This document shows, piece by piece, positions 47,651 to 56,023 of a stretch of DNA of 64,000 nucleotides. Below the pieces are notes generated by a model that did no database searches, was not told the origin of the DNA, and saw nothing but the letters and a program-made list of their open reading frames with translations. The stretch covers positions 1 through 64,000 of the IMG/VR virus record IMGVR_UViG_3300047320_000285; one strand, 5' to 3'. Position 1 is the first letter of the stretch; each line of letters opens with the position of its first letter. The position numbers and the translations under genes are program-made.

Positions 47651-47860
47651 ATGTTGAAAGATCATTGTCACGATGTCACCGACGTCAAGTTTCATGAAGT
47701 TGTGCAAGGCATGCCGGAGGTTCGCAATGTGTGGTTCTATCAAGACCGCACCTGTCCGTTCATGACCTACGCGCATCTGGCACCGCAACACACGCAGGCT
47801 CGGCAAGACCCCACGATCGGCACAGCAATGGGTCTCTCAGCCCTGCAAGCGTGTCACTGA
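47651..47860 (+). CDS. Small hypothetical protein (69 aa)
   Basis: RBS GAAGGAG before ATG 47651. Confidence 0.55.
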   Translation: MLKDHCHDVTDVKFHEVVQGMPEVRNVWFYQDRTCPFMTYAHLAPQHTQARQDPTIGTAMGLSALQACH

Positions 47861-47879
47861 GGGCGAGGTAGCATGACGG

Positions 47880-47925
47880 CATACACAGCCTGCCAGACGC
47901 CTCTTAAGGCGCTGGCAGGCCTATG
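47880..47925 (+). terminator. Hairpin flanked by CATA...TATG
   Basis: cata-cac-agcctgccag-a-cgcct-ctta-aggcg-ctggcaggc-ctatg. Confidence 0.65.
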
Positions 47926-47946
47926 CCCGACTGTGTTGGAAAACGC

Positions 47947-47962
47947 TTCAATCACATATTAC
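47947..47962 (+). promoter_or_regulatory. Early promoter (CTTC-N5-CATATTAC)
   Basis: aaacgCTTCaatcaCATATTAC. Confidence 0.7.
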
Positions 47963-48020
47963 TACACTGTACTTGATCCCGTTATCAAGTCATTTACACT
48001 TCCTTTATACTCGTAGGAGC

Positions 48021-48356
48021 ATGACCATGAATACCCAACGTATCGCAGCTTGCCTGAACACCATTCCGAGCACGCTGCCGGAGCTGAAAGCCACTCACGC
48101 CACGCTGCGTGAACTGATTGGCGAAATCGCGCAGCAGTACGCTGACCTGCGCAAGATGCCCGAAGGCTTGATACCGATGTTCGCTGAGGCACTGCAGTTT
48201 CTTGCGACCACCACGGTGTCGCTGGAATCCATCGGCGAGAAGCCGTCCATGCCGACTGGCATCGCATGGTTCGAAGACCTGCTCAATGAGCGCCGCCGGG
48301 TGCTCGCCCTGATTGAAGTTGCTGAGCTGCGCTCGCAAGGCGTCCTTTTCCACTAA
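48021..48356 (+). CDS. Hypothetical early protein, helical (111 aa)
   Basis: RBS TAGGAG. Confidence 0.75.
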   Translation: MTMNTQRIAACLNTIPSTLPELKATHATLRELIGEIAQQYADLRKMPEGLIPMFAEALQFLATTTVSLESIGEKPSMPTGIAWFEDLLNERRRVLALIEVAELRSQGVLFH

Positions 48357-48368
48357 GAGAACAAGAAC

Positions 48369-48728
48369 ATGAAAAGCCGTTTCAAACAAATTCTGCAAGA
48401 CCTCGCGGGCGCACTGGCGATTTGTGTGACCCTGCTTGCCGGCACCGCCGTCAAAGCGCATGCGAACGAAGTCACGGTACTGCCCAAGATGATTGGTTGT
48501 ACCGCCGATGGTTACTACCGGGTGTTTGGCGTGCAAGGCCAGCCCGGCGATGTACTGTATCAGCAACAGATTCGCGGCCAGTGGTACCAGTGGACCGACA
48601 TCGACCTCTATAACAACCTGCCGCATGTGCGCAAGGAAGACGTCGATGGGACCACGTATCGCTGCGACCAGTCGGTGTGTTTCACGGCAGACGGTTATGT
48701 GATTGGCGCTGCCCCGCTGGAGCATTGA
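48369..48728 (+). CDS. Putative secreted/periplasmic early protein (119 aa)
   Basis: Signal-peptide-like LAGALAICVTLLAGTAVKAHA|N; three further Cys; internal repeat CTADGY / CFTADGY. Confidence 0.7.
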   Translation: MKSRFKQILQDLAGALAICVTLLAGTAVKAHANEVTVLPKMIGCTADGYYRVFGVQGQPGDVLYQQQIRGQWYQWTDIDLYNNLPHVRKEDVDGTTYRCDQSVCFTADGYVIGAAPLEH

Positions 48729-48758
48729 GTTTTTGTAGGTGTTGGTAAATGCGACTTA

Positions 48759-48789
48759 GCCCGCCGGGGCAACTCGGCGGGTTCTTTTT
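48759..48789 (+). terminator. Intrinsic terminator
   Basis: gcccgccggg-gcaa-ctcggcgggt-tcttttt. Confidence 0.75.
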
Positions 48790-48867
48790 GGCGCAGTAAA
48801 ATCTCACGCGCTTGCTTCACTTTGTGTGATAGCAAGCCGCCTTACACTTCCTTATACTGAGGTTATC

Positions 48868-49008
48868 ATGTCCAAGCAACTGAAGAAGAAGATTCGTGAT
48901 TTCGTGATCGTGACCGTGGTGTTGGTTGGTGGCGGTCTGTCGTTGGTGGCAGTCGGTACGTACGGCGATTACGCCCGTCACGATCGTGCTGCTCACCATC
49001 AAGAGTAA
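48868..49008 (+). CDS. Small single-TM protein (46 aa)
   Basis: MSKQLKKKIRDFVIVTVVLVGGGLSLVAVG...; RBS GAGG. Confidence 0.65.
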   Translation: MSKQLKKKIRDFVIVTVVLVGGGLSLVAVGTYGDYARHDRAAHHQE

Positions 49009-49072
49009 GTGTGGTAGAGTTGTATCCGTCGCAAGCAGTTCTTCTTAACAGCAACTACAAGGAGTCATTCAA

Positions 49073-49450
49073 ATGACCCAAGCCGTCGCAAGCAACACCC
49101 GCGTTACCGTTGAAGCTGCAGGTGCCGCCTATATGGACCTGTTCAGCAACCCGTTCCTGCAAGCCTTTCGGGGCAAGGATAACTACGTTGATCTGCCGCT
49201 GATCTACGATCAGAAGGACATCCTCGAGAAGCTGGTTAAGCCCGAGCTGATGGCCACCATCAAACACGCGCTCGAGACGTTGAACAACTTCCTGTTCGAC
49301 AACGAGCACGCGAACTTCAACCCGAAGGCCGCAGAAGAACTCAAACTACGCTACGGTGTGATGGGTGAGCTGGTCAAGGACCTGCGCTACTATCACGGTA
49401 GCGAGATGTACGTTATCACGACCGCCAATGGCAAGTACGTGATCGGTTAA
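49073..49450 (+). CDS. Hypothetical early protein (125 aa)
   Basis: RBS AAGGAG, strong codon bias. Confidence 0.8.
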   Translation: MTQAVASNTRVTVEAAGAAYMDLFSNPFLQAFRGKDNYVDLPLIYDQKDILEKLVKPELMATIKHALETLNNFLFDNEHANFNPKAAEELKLRYGVMGELVKDLRYYHGSEMYVITTANGKYVIG

Positions 49451-49487
49451 ACCTACAGGGGGCCTTCGGGTCCCTTAGGAGTACGCC

Positions 49488-49622
49488 ATGAAAGGCATGC
49501 TTCTCATTTTCGCTCTGGTGGCCACCTACTGTTTGCCGATGATCGGCATTCCGTTGTGGATCATCTGGGCACTGGTGAAGTTTCGTAAGCCCATAGCGAA
49601 ACTGATCCAAGTGCTGGCGTAA
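49488..49622 (+). CDS. Small membrane protein (44 aa), absent from the ORF track
   Basis: RBS TAGGAG; MKGMLLIFALVATYCLPMIGIPLWIIWALVKFRKPIAKLIQVLA. Confidence 0.65.
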   Translation: MKGMLLIFALVATYCLPMIGIPLWIIWALVKFRKPIAKLIQVLA

Positions 49623-49677
49623 GCGTCAGCTTTCATACTGCAGTATTGTCACACTACTTAAACAAGGAAGAAAAATC

Positions 49678-50157
49678 ATGTTCGGTCGCAAACAAGCTAA
49701 AATCGATGGTCTGAAGATGGCGTTCTACACGGACGCCGCCGCAGATGGTTCGCATGGCAAGATCCTCGTGACGAGTCGGCGTCGCGGTCTGGAGCGTGAA
49801 GTCGTGAACTTCGTGTTCGTCGGCATGACGGCCCCGCCCGCGCTCACGCCGGCCCTGATGGAACACATCTGGACGGAAGCGAAAGCGCAAGGCTTCGTGC
49901 CGTTCGAAATCGTCGGGGCATTGGAAGTCAACGCTGCGCCCTCAAAGGAAAACGCTCAGACCGTGATTCTGGCCGGCGCACCATTACCGGCCGTGCTCGC
50001 GCCTGCAGCCACGTCGGAGGCGCTTAACCTGCAGGAACTCGGTCGTACCCCGGTGCAGTACAGCGACCCGTCGCATCCGTTGGATCCGGCACGCTTCGAG
50101 CGCACCGAAGTCCCGGCCTTCCTGCGCAAGGAAGCCGGTCAACTGGCTACCGCGTAA
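49678..50157 (+). CDS. Early protein with an FtsZ C-terminal-peptide-like tail; candidate division inhibitor (159 aa)
   Basis: RBS AAGGAAG; ends ...RFERTEVPAFLRKEAGQLATA after an Ala/Pro-rich linker. CDS well supported, function inferred. Confidence 0.75.
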   Translation: MFGRKQAKIDGLKMAFYTDAAADGSHGKILVTSRRRGLEREVVNFVFVGMTAPPALTPALMEHIWTEAKAQGFVPFEIVGALEVNAAPSKENAQTVILAGAPLPAVLAPAATSEALNLQELGRTPVQYSDPSHPLDPARFERTEVPAFLRKEAGQLATA

Positions 50158-50166
50158 GGGGTGGTG

Positions 50167-50388
50167 ATGAAACACGTCAGCCTGTTGCTGGCGGCTCTCG
50201 TGGTCAACGCTCCGGCGCTGGCTTACGTGAATGTCGGCAAAGCCAAGATTGACCGTCAGATTAGCAGTCAGGATCTGAATGTGGATCTTATCGAACTGAG
50301 CGATGGTTCGAAATGCGTGCTCGTCCGTGATCCGATCGAGCGTACCATGCAACTGTCATGCGCGGTCAATCCCACCCCGATGAAATAA
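50167..50388 (+). CDS. Putative secreted small protein (73 aa)
   Basis: Signal peptide MKHVSLLLAALVVNAPALA|Y; Cys pair. Confidence 0.7.
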   Translation: MKHVSLLLAALVVNAPALAYVNVGKAKIDRQISSQDLNVDLIELSDGSKCVLVRDPIERTMQLSCAVNPTPMK

Positions 50389-50398
50389 GGAGGCAGCG

Positions 50399-50902
50399 AT
50401 GCTGAGTATAGCAACCAAGCAACGCATCGCTCGCAACCGCAAGTTGCGAGCTAACCCGAAGTGGGTGCAAAAGGTGGAGATGTATATCCATCACCTGAAG
50501 ACCACCTCCATCAGTAGCTCGGCGGTGTTGTCGACCAAGCATCTACTGGATCCGGCCCAACAAGCTGCGGCTGAGGCTGATCTGAACGCCCGCTGGGCTA
50601 AGCTCAATGCGCAGGTCGCATCACTGGCGTTGATTTCGCGGGCCGAGTGGTACGAACTCGAGCAGACCTTGCCGATCGAACACCGCTGGACCCCGCACCA
50701 GATGAAACGCACCATCAAGGCCTGCGGCGGGTATCGGGCGGTCATCGAAGCGCATGGTGGCTACCGCAACAAGATCGCGCCCAAGTCGGTGTTCGCTAAC
50801 CAAGCGAGCGTGCCGATGGGGAATTGGGATAATCCAGCCACGCTTGACGACTGGATGAACAAGGGCGACGAGTGGGAAGCCGAACACGGAGATCCGCAAT
50901 GA
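50399..50902 (+). CDS. Hypothetical protein (167 aa)
   Basis: RBS AGGAGG. Confidence 0.75.
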   Translation: MLSIATKQRIARNRKLRANPKWVQKVEMYIHHLKTTSISSSAVLSTKHLLDPAQQAAAEADLNARWAKLNAQVASLALISRAEWYELEQTLPIEHRWTPHQMKRTIKACGGYRAVIEAHGGYRNKIAPKSVFANQASVPMGNWDNPATLDDWMNKGDEWEAEHGDPQ

Positions 50903-51243
50903 GCCAATCCCTGTTGGGTGAACTCGCCGACAACCTGATCGACGCGTTGTTTCTCGGCATGCGGGACCACACGGTGCAGATCGGTCACGTGCCCGGTATG
51001 CGCCCGGAGCATTCACATGGCGTGATCCATGCAATGAATGCGCAGGGCCGCACCGAGCATATCGGCTTCGTGGCGCAGAACCCGAAGAAGCTCACGCGCC
51101 CGCATCCGGAGTCCATCGCCAGCCTGTTCAAGCAGGCCCGGGTGCTGGGCTTCGACCCCAAACAGATCGAGCTGCGGGTCGGTAAGTACCGCCGTGTGTA
51201 TGAAGAACACAAGCTCGAGCCCGTCTACGTACAACCGCTGTAA
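50899..51243 (+). CDS. Hypothetical protein (114 aa)
   Basis: ATGA overlap with the upstream stop. Confidence 0.75.
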   Translation: MSQSLLGELADNLIDALFLGMRDHTVQIGHVPGMRPEHSHGVIHAMNAQGRTEHIGFVAQNPKKLTRPHPESIASLFKQARVLGFDPKQIELRVGKYRRVYEEHKLEPVYVQPL

Positions 51244-51268
51244 TACTTCCCTACAAGGAGTAGTAACC

Positions 51269-51661
51269 ATGCCGCAGAATCTCGAAGTCAAGGGTATCTT
51301 CAAGGACCCGATCATCCAGCAGAACGTCGCGATGCTCACGCTGGCGATCAAGAACCTCGCCCTCGCGGGGATCAAGGTCGAAGGCACGGCTGATGATGGC
51401 TGGCACAAATTCGAACTGATGCACATCGGCGAGCAGCTGATCAACGGCAAGTGCAACTCGTTCGTTGACGGCACTGTCAATGACGAAGACGCCGCTGCTG
51501 ACCTCGAACTCGAAATCTACGCGAGCGAGCGCATCGAAGTCGCCCCGCCCGATTACATCACCGAAGAAGTCGATCCGAATTTCAACAAGCTGCGCCCGAC
51601 GGTCGCCGAACTCGAGCAGCGTGGTGTGCTCGTCAACGTCGCGGGCTTCGGCCAGATCTAA
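51269..51661 (+). CDS. Acidic hypothetical protein (130 aa)
   Basis: RBS AAGGAG, strong codon bias. Confidence 0.8.
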   Translation: MPQNLEVKGIFKDPIIQQNVAMLTLAIKNLALAGIKVEGTADDGWHKFELMHIGEQLINGKCNSFVDGTVNDEDAAADLELEIYASERIEVAPPDYITEEVDPNFNKLRPTVAELEQRGVLVNVAGFGQI

Positions 51662-51698
51662 GTTTTTGTTGTGACACGGCTTGGCGCGTTTTGCGCCG

Positions 51699-51729
51699 GG
51701 GGCTTCCTAGTGGAGCCTCTTTTTTTTTT
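51699..51729 (+). terminator. Intrinsic terminator
   Basis: ggggcttcc-tagt-ggagcctc followed by a long T run. Confidence 0.8.
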
Positions 51730-51760
51730 GTACGTACTGTGCCATCTGGTGTAGGCTGGT

Positions 51761-51785
51761 CTAATTGATTTCAACAACATATTAC
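51761..51785 (+). promoter_or_regulatory. Early promoter (TTTC-N5-CATATTAC)
   Basis: ctaattgaTTTCaacaaCATATTAC, nearly identical to 8190-8214. Confidence 0.7.
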
Positions 51786-51868
51786 CTACTTGGATGCGCA
51801 TTCGCAAGTCCGTAGGTAGGGAGGTCCTTGACTCCTGTTTCCAATCGTTCTTATACGCAGAGAACATC

Positions 51869-52699
51869 ATGCAAGCAGATCAACTAACAACCTACCTTCC
51901 GTTCATTGAACTGATGGATGAGGTTGAAACCACCAAGGTACTGTGGGCGCTGACGATTCTTTTGATCGGGGCGCTCATTCGTATCTACTTTCTGAATACT
52001 CGCGTCAGAAAGCTTGAGGGGAGCGAGCCGGAACCTACGGCCACGGGGTGGGTCCGTCCGACCCGCCGGGTGATCCTCGACGTGCCCAACCGTACCATGC
52101 GCGCGGCTATTCATGGCAAGCGCAGTTATCCGAATCAGGCGTTGTGCGAAATCTGTCCGTGGAGTACGGAGAACCTCGCCGCGCTGAGCATGTACATGCG
52201 CCAGTCGGTGAGCATCGGAGAGATTGCTTTACAACGCCGGATTGCCACCGTCTCGGCGATTGTCCACGACTTTGCTATCCCGGCCGAGATGATGTTGCTC
52301 GACGAGGAAGCGTTGACGATGTATCTGGATTACCGTAATCGCGTCAGCCCGGCATTAGGCAGTCTCGAGCTGATGCAGTATGCGCACGTCGGGTGTGACG
52401 AAGACGTGGATGAAGCGCATCTGACTCAGCTGTTGCGGCTCACCGTGCCGGTGACGGGGTGGCTGCTGAAATTTGCTGAGAAAGAAGCCTGGCCGGTGTT
52501 TGACATGTTCTACCGGGACCTGCGTTCGGCCGGGGTGATTACCACGCTTGACCGGGCAGATCTTAAAAGCATCATCACGGCGTACAGTGCGTATTCGAAA
52601 ATGCTCGTGCCAAGCGAGTACATTCTGAATAACGCCACCGCATTTTACATCTATCGTCGCATCAGCACGATGGAGTTGTTTGAGCCAATCGAGCAATAA
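51869..52699 (+). CDS. Membrane-anchored hypothetical protein (276 aa)
   Basis: TM segment VLWALTILLIGALIRIYFL near the N-terminus; start at ATG 51869. Confidence 0.7.
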   Translation: MQADQLTTYLPFIELMDEVETTKVLWALTILLIGALIRIYFLNTRVRKLEGSEPEPTATGWVRPTRRVILDVPNRTMRAAIHGKRSYPNQALCEICPWSTENLAALSMYMRQSVSIGEIALQRRIATVSAIVHDFAIPAEMMLLDEEALTMYLDYRNRVSPALGSLELMQYAHVGCDEDVDEAHLTQLLRLTVPVTGWLLKFAEKEAWPVFDMFYRDLRSAGVITTLDRADLKSIITAYSAYSKMLVPSEYILNNATAFYIYRRISTMELFEPIEQ

Positions 52700-52713
52700 A
52701 ACCAGAGGCAACT

Positions 52714-53436
52714 ATGAATAAGCAAAAAGGAATGTTCGTCGTGCTCGAAGGAGTCGACGCTGCCGGGAAGACCACCAATTTTCCCTACGTCAAGCAGTGC
52801 CTCGAAGAAAAGGGGCTGCAGGTTATCACCACCCGGGAGCCGGGTGGTACACGACTGGGCGAAGAGATTCGCAACCTGATTCTCTCGGGACCGATGATGT
52901 GTCCCAAAGCCGAGTTGCTGCTCTTTGCCGCCGCGCGCGCTCAGCACATCGAAGAGAAGGTCAAGCCTGCGGTAGACGCCGGGTACGTGGTGCTGTGTGA
53001 TCGCTACCTGATGTCGACCTACGCGTATCAGGGCTACGGACGGGGCTTTAAGAATCTGTTGCACACGGTGGAACTCATCGCGCACAACAACTTCTATGCT
53101 GACCACACGCTGTTCTTTAACGTCGAGTTTGCAGAATCCCGGCGTCGTGTACGGTCGCGCACCGACAACAACCGCATCGACGTCGAGGCCGATGCCTTCT
53201 TCAAGAAGGTGTATGCGGGTTATCAGGATGCCATCGCGATGAAGCTCGTGCCGAACCTGCACGAGATCGATTCCAACCCCGGGCTCGATCAGGTCCGTGC
53301 CCAAATCAAGGAGTGGGTTGACAATGTCTTCTATCCGAGCTATCTGAAAAAGCAAGAACCCGAGGCTCCCGCGTTCGGTAGAGACACGTACAGCAACAAG
53401 TACATGACGCTCGAGGAGGCACGGGGAAATGGATGA
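52714..53436 (+). CDS. tmk: Thymidylate (dTMP) kinase
   Basis: P-loop VLEGVDAAGKTT, TREPGGT, LLFAAARAQH, DRYLMSTYAYQG. Confidence 0.95.
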   Translation: MNKQKGMFVVLEGVDAAGKTTNFPYVKQCLEEKGLQVITTREPGGTRLGEEIRNLILSGPMMCPKAELLLFAAARAQHIEEKVKPAVDAGYVVLCDRYLMSTYAYQGYGRGFKNLLHTVELIAHNNFYADHTLFFNVEFAESRRRVRSRTDNNRIDVEADAFFKKVYAGYQDAIAMKLVPNLHEIDSNPGLDQVRAQIKEWVDNVFYPSYLKKQEPEAPAFGRDTYSNKYMTLEEARGNG

Positions 53437-53659
53437 GTTTGTCGGATTGATGTTTCGCTTTGCATTGATCTGCCTGACGCTGAGCTGCTTTGTCGCGTAT
53501 CGCTCTCGGGCGAACTACGAGTGGTGGCTCACGCATCGCCGCACCGTGTATCTGACCACGGCCCAGACGATGCATTCGTTGTCACAGACTGCGTTTATCG
53601 TGGGACGATGGGCGCTGTTTTTCGCTGTCGTCTCGTTCCTGTTGTTTATCAACCAGTAG
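53429..53659 (+). CDS. Small two-TM membrane protein (76 aa)
   Basis: Two hydrophobic helices; overlaps the tmk stop. Confidence 0.7.
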   Translation: MDEFVGLMFRFALICLTLSCFVAYRSRANYEWWLTHRRTVYLTTAQTMHSLSQTAFIVGRWALFFAVVSFLLFINQ

Positions 53660-53666
53660 GTGCAAC

Positions 53667-53804
53667 ATGAAGTACATTGAGATTGCCGCGTTCTTGGCGT
53701 TTCTGGCATGGCTGACGTACATGCTGGATCCGTACCACGGTAAGCCGCGCCCGTTGTCTCACGCGCTGCACCGCACCGATCTCGGTGGCTTTGACGCCGC
53801 CTAA
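53667..53804 (+). CDS. Small single-TM protein (45 aa), absent from the ORF track
   Basis: MKYIEIAAFLAFLAWLTYMLDPYHGKPRPLSHALHRTDLGGFDAA; RBS TAGGTG. Confidence 0.55.
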   Translation: MKYIEIAAFLAFLAWLTYMLDPYHGKPRPLSHALHRTDLGGFDAA

Positions 53805-53818
53805 CCCAAGGAGTTCTG

Positions 53819-54010
53819 ATGCTGTTTGCTGCCCCACCTGCCCCGCCACCCATCGAGCCCACCACGCTTACCCAAGTCGCTCCGCTCCCGGCGGGGTATC
53901 ACAATCAACGCCTGACCGGTGCACCGGCTATCTGGTCGCTCAAGGGTAACCCCAAAGCCCTGCTGGACGACCAGTCGTTCCGTTTTCCGCCGGATCAGAA
54001 ACAACCGTAA
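53819..54010 (+). CDS. Small Pro-rich protein (63 aa)
   Basis: RBS AAGGAG. Confidence 0.55.
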   Translation: MLFAAPPAPPPIEPTTLTQVAPLPAGYHNQRLTGAPAIWSLKGNPKALLDDQSFRFPPDQKQP

Positions 54011-54072
54011 TTTTTACGGATCCGCATCATGAAGTGGTCGTACTAACACTTACTAATCAACAAGGAAGAACA

Positions 54073-55425
54073 GTGCCTCATCACCAACACATCCTCGCGC
54101 TCGATGCGCGTTTTCTGAACTACAAGCGCTTCTTCGTCAATCGCTTCAAGGACGAAAAGAAGACTGACGCCGAGTTGTCGGGCATGGGTCTTGTGCAGGG
54201 CTTCAACGAAGCGACCGCCGATTACTTCGACATCTGGTACGACAAAGCTCGCGAGCATCTGGTGATTGCCCAGCGTGACGGCCTCGAACACGCACCGCAG
54301 TTCCGCCAGATCCTGCCGTACACGGTGATTGCGCAGAACCCGGTACGCGGTACGGATTTCTCGCAGGATGTCTTCACCGTCTATCAGCGCACCAAGCAAG
54401 TCGGCGAGTCGCGACTGGCTGGGAACTTCTCGATTGGTGGAGGTGGCCACATCGACATCGCGGATCTGATCTTCGACACGACGACGAGCATCGTCGATCT
54501 GAAGCAAACGATCCTGCGGGCGTTGTTCCGGGAACTGATCGAAGAATTTATCTTCATCGACGAACACGGTGTGGAAGTCACCCCGGAGCGGCTGGTGGGC
54601 GCGATCACGTTCGTACCGGCGGGCTTCATTCGTGACGACGCGAATACCGTCGGTCAGGTCCACCTCGGTGTGGTCAACGTGGTGTACGTGCCGCACACGT
54701 GGACGGTCAAAGTGCGCCCGCCCAAGGAAGGCGAAGAAGCCGAGCATCTGGATGCCCCGTCGGGTACGGCTGCAGAAATCCTCTCGCGGGGTGCGAAGTT
54801 CGAGAACTGGTCGCAGATCCTGCTGGAAGAATTCGCTCAAGTGGGCCGCATGGTCTCAGCGACGGCCAAGCCGGCGAATCCGAACACGGTCATCGCGCTG
54901 ACGGATGCCAACGATACGCTCGATTCGTTGGTCGCGCAATTCGGTGTTAGCAAGGAAGAACTGCTGCGACTGAACCCAGTGCTGCAACAAGCGGTGGCCA
55001 ATGGCGGCCAGTGCGAGAACGGCTGGCGCCTGTGGATCACCGATCCGGATGCGACGTTCGAACCCGAGGTGAAGGACGCCACGCCAGTCGAACGGGTGAT
55101 AGCAGTGCCAACCGCGGTGACAGTCCAGCCCGGTGAAACTTTCGGTCAGATCTGTGCCCGCTTCGGACTGGATCGTTCGCTGGTAGCCCGCTTGAATGAT
55201 CTGTCGACCTTTGATGACATCATCGACGTGCGGGTCGGTCAGCGTCTGTATCTGACGGTACCCAAGCAGATCCAGTTGCGGCCGGGTGATACGCTCGAGA
55301 AGATCTGCGAACGCTTTGGCCTCGCGATCAATGTGATTCGGGTGATCAACCGTTTCGCGCCCAACGAAACGATGATACCGGGTCGCATGGTCACGTTGCA
55401 GGCAGACGAGTCGGCGATTTCCTAA
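54073..55425 (+). CDS. Nudix-fold phosphoesterase (COG4112-like) fused to three LysM-like domains (450 aa)
   Basis: FRQILPYTVI, YQRTKQVGESRLAGNFSIGGGGHID, LFRELIEEF; then DTLDSLVAQFGVSKEELLRLNP, VQPGETFGQICARFGL...RLN, LRPGDTLEKICERFGL...IN. GTG start after AAGGAAG. Confidence 0.8.
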   Translation: MPHHQHILALDARFLNYKRFFVNRFKDEKKTDAELSGMGLVQGFNEATADYFDIWYDKAREHLVIAQRDGLEHAPQFRQILPYTVIAQNPVRGTDFSQDVFTVYQRTKQVGESRLAGNFSIGGGGHIDIADLIFDTTTSIVDLKQTILRALFRELIEEFIFIDEHGVEVTPERLVGAITFVPAGFIRDDANTVGQVHLGVVNVVYVPHTWTVKVRPPKEGEEAEHLDAPSGTAAEILSRGAKFENWSQILLEEFAQVGRMVSATAKPANPNTVIALTDANDTLDSLVAQFGVSKEELLRLNPVLQQAVANGGQCENGWRLWITDPDATFEPEVKDATPVERVIAVPTAVTVQPGETFGQICARFGLDRSLVARLNDLSTFDDIIDVRVGQRLYLTVPKQIQLRPGDTLEKICERFGLAINVIRVINRFAPNETMIPGRMVTLQADESAIS

Positions 55426-55444
55426 GCAATCACAACAAACCACC

Positions 55445-55475
55445 AGCAGACGGGTCAAACCGTCTGCCCTTTATG
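55445..55475 (+). terminator. Hairpin followed by TTTATG
   Basis: gcagacgg-gtcaaa-ccgtctgc-cctttatg. Confidence 0.6.
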
Positions 55476-55490
55476 TTGCAAGGAGAAAAA

Positions 55491-55997
55491 ATGAATACAC
55501 CGTTTGACCGCGAAGCCATCCGCATGGCGAAAGTAGCTCTCCCAGAGCTGCACAGCATGATCATGGCGCGGACCAATCGCCAATACATGCCGCTCACGCA
55601 TCAGGACGCCCAGCTCGAAGCCGGTCGGCCGTCGTTTAACTCCAAGCCTGAATACATCGGTTACGGTCCCGGCTTGGGGCAACTGACCTTCGAGCGGTTT
55701 CGCGACGCAGTCGGTTCGTGGGGCTCGAGTGGCTACTACGCGCGCAGCGATATGGGGCCAGACGAGAAAACCATCTACGCTGTTATCGAGTTGCGGCAGC
55801 AAAAATTAGTGCTGTTTGTCAATCTGATCTCGCTCGAAACTTACGTTGGTGAGTGGCAAGAAGATGACCCGAAACTGTACCCGCGCCCAGCGGGTGCGCG
55901 TGGCACCCCTCACATCCTGAAATGGTTTCCGTGGCCACGTTTGCAGCATCTGGCGATTGATCGAGTCGAACTCGCCACACAAATTGATCAGCTTTAA
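55491..55997 (+). CDS. Hypothetical protein (168 aa)
   Basis: RBS AAGGAG before ATG 55491. Confidence 0.75.
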   Translation: MNTPFDREAIRMAKVALPELHSMIMARTNRQYMPLTHQDAQLEAGRPSFNSKPEYIGYGPGLGQLTFERFRDAVGSWGSSGYYARSDMGPDEKTIYAVIELRQQKLVLFVNLISLETYVGEWQEDDPKLYPRPAGARGTPHILKWFPWPRLQHLAIDRVELATQIDQL

Positions 55998-56023
55998 ACG
56001 AACAACACAAGGAGAGTAGCAAC

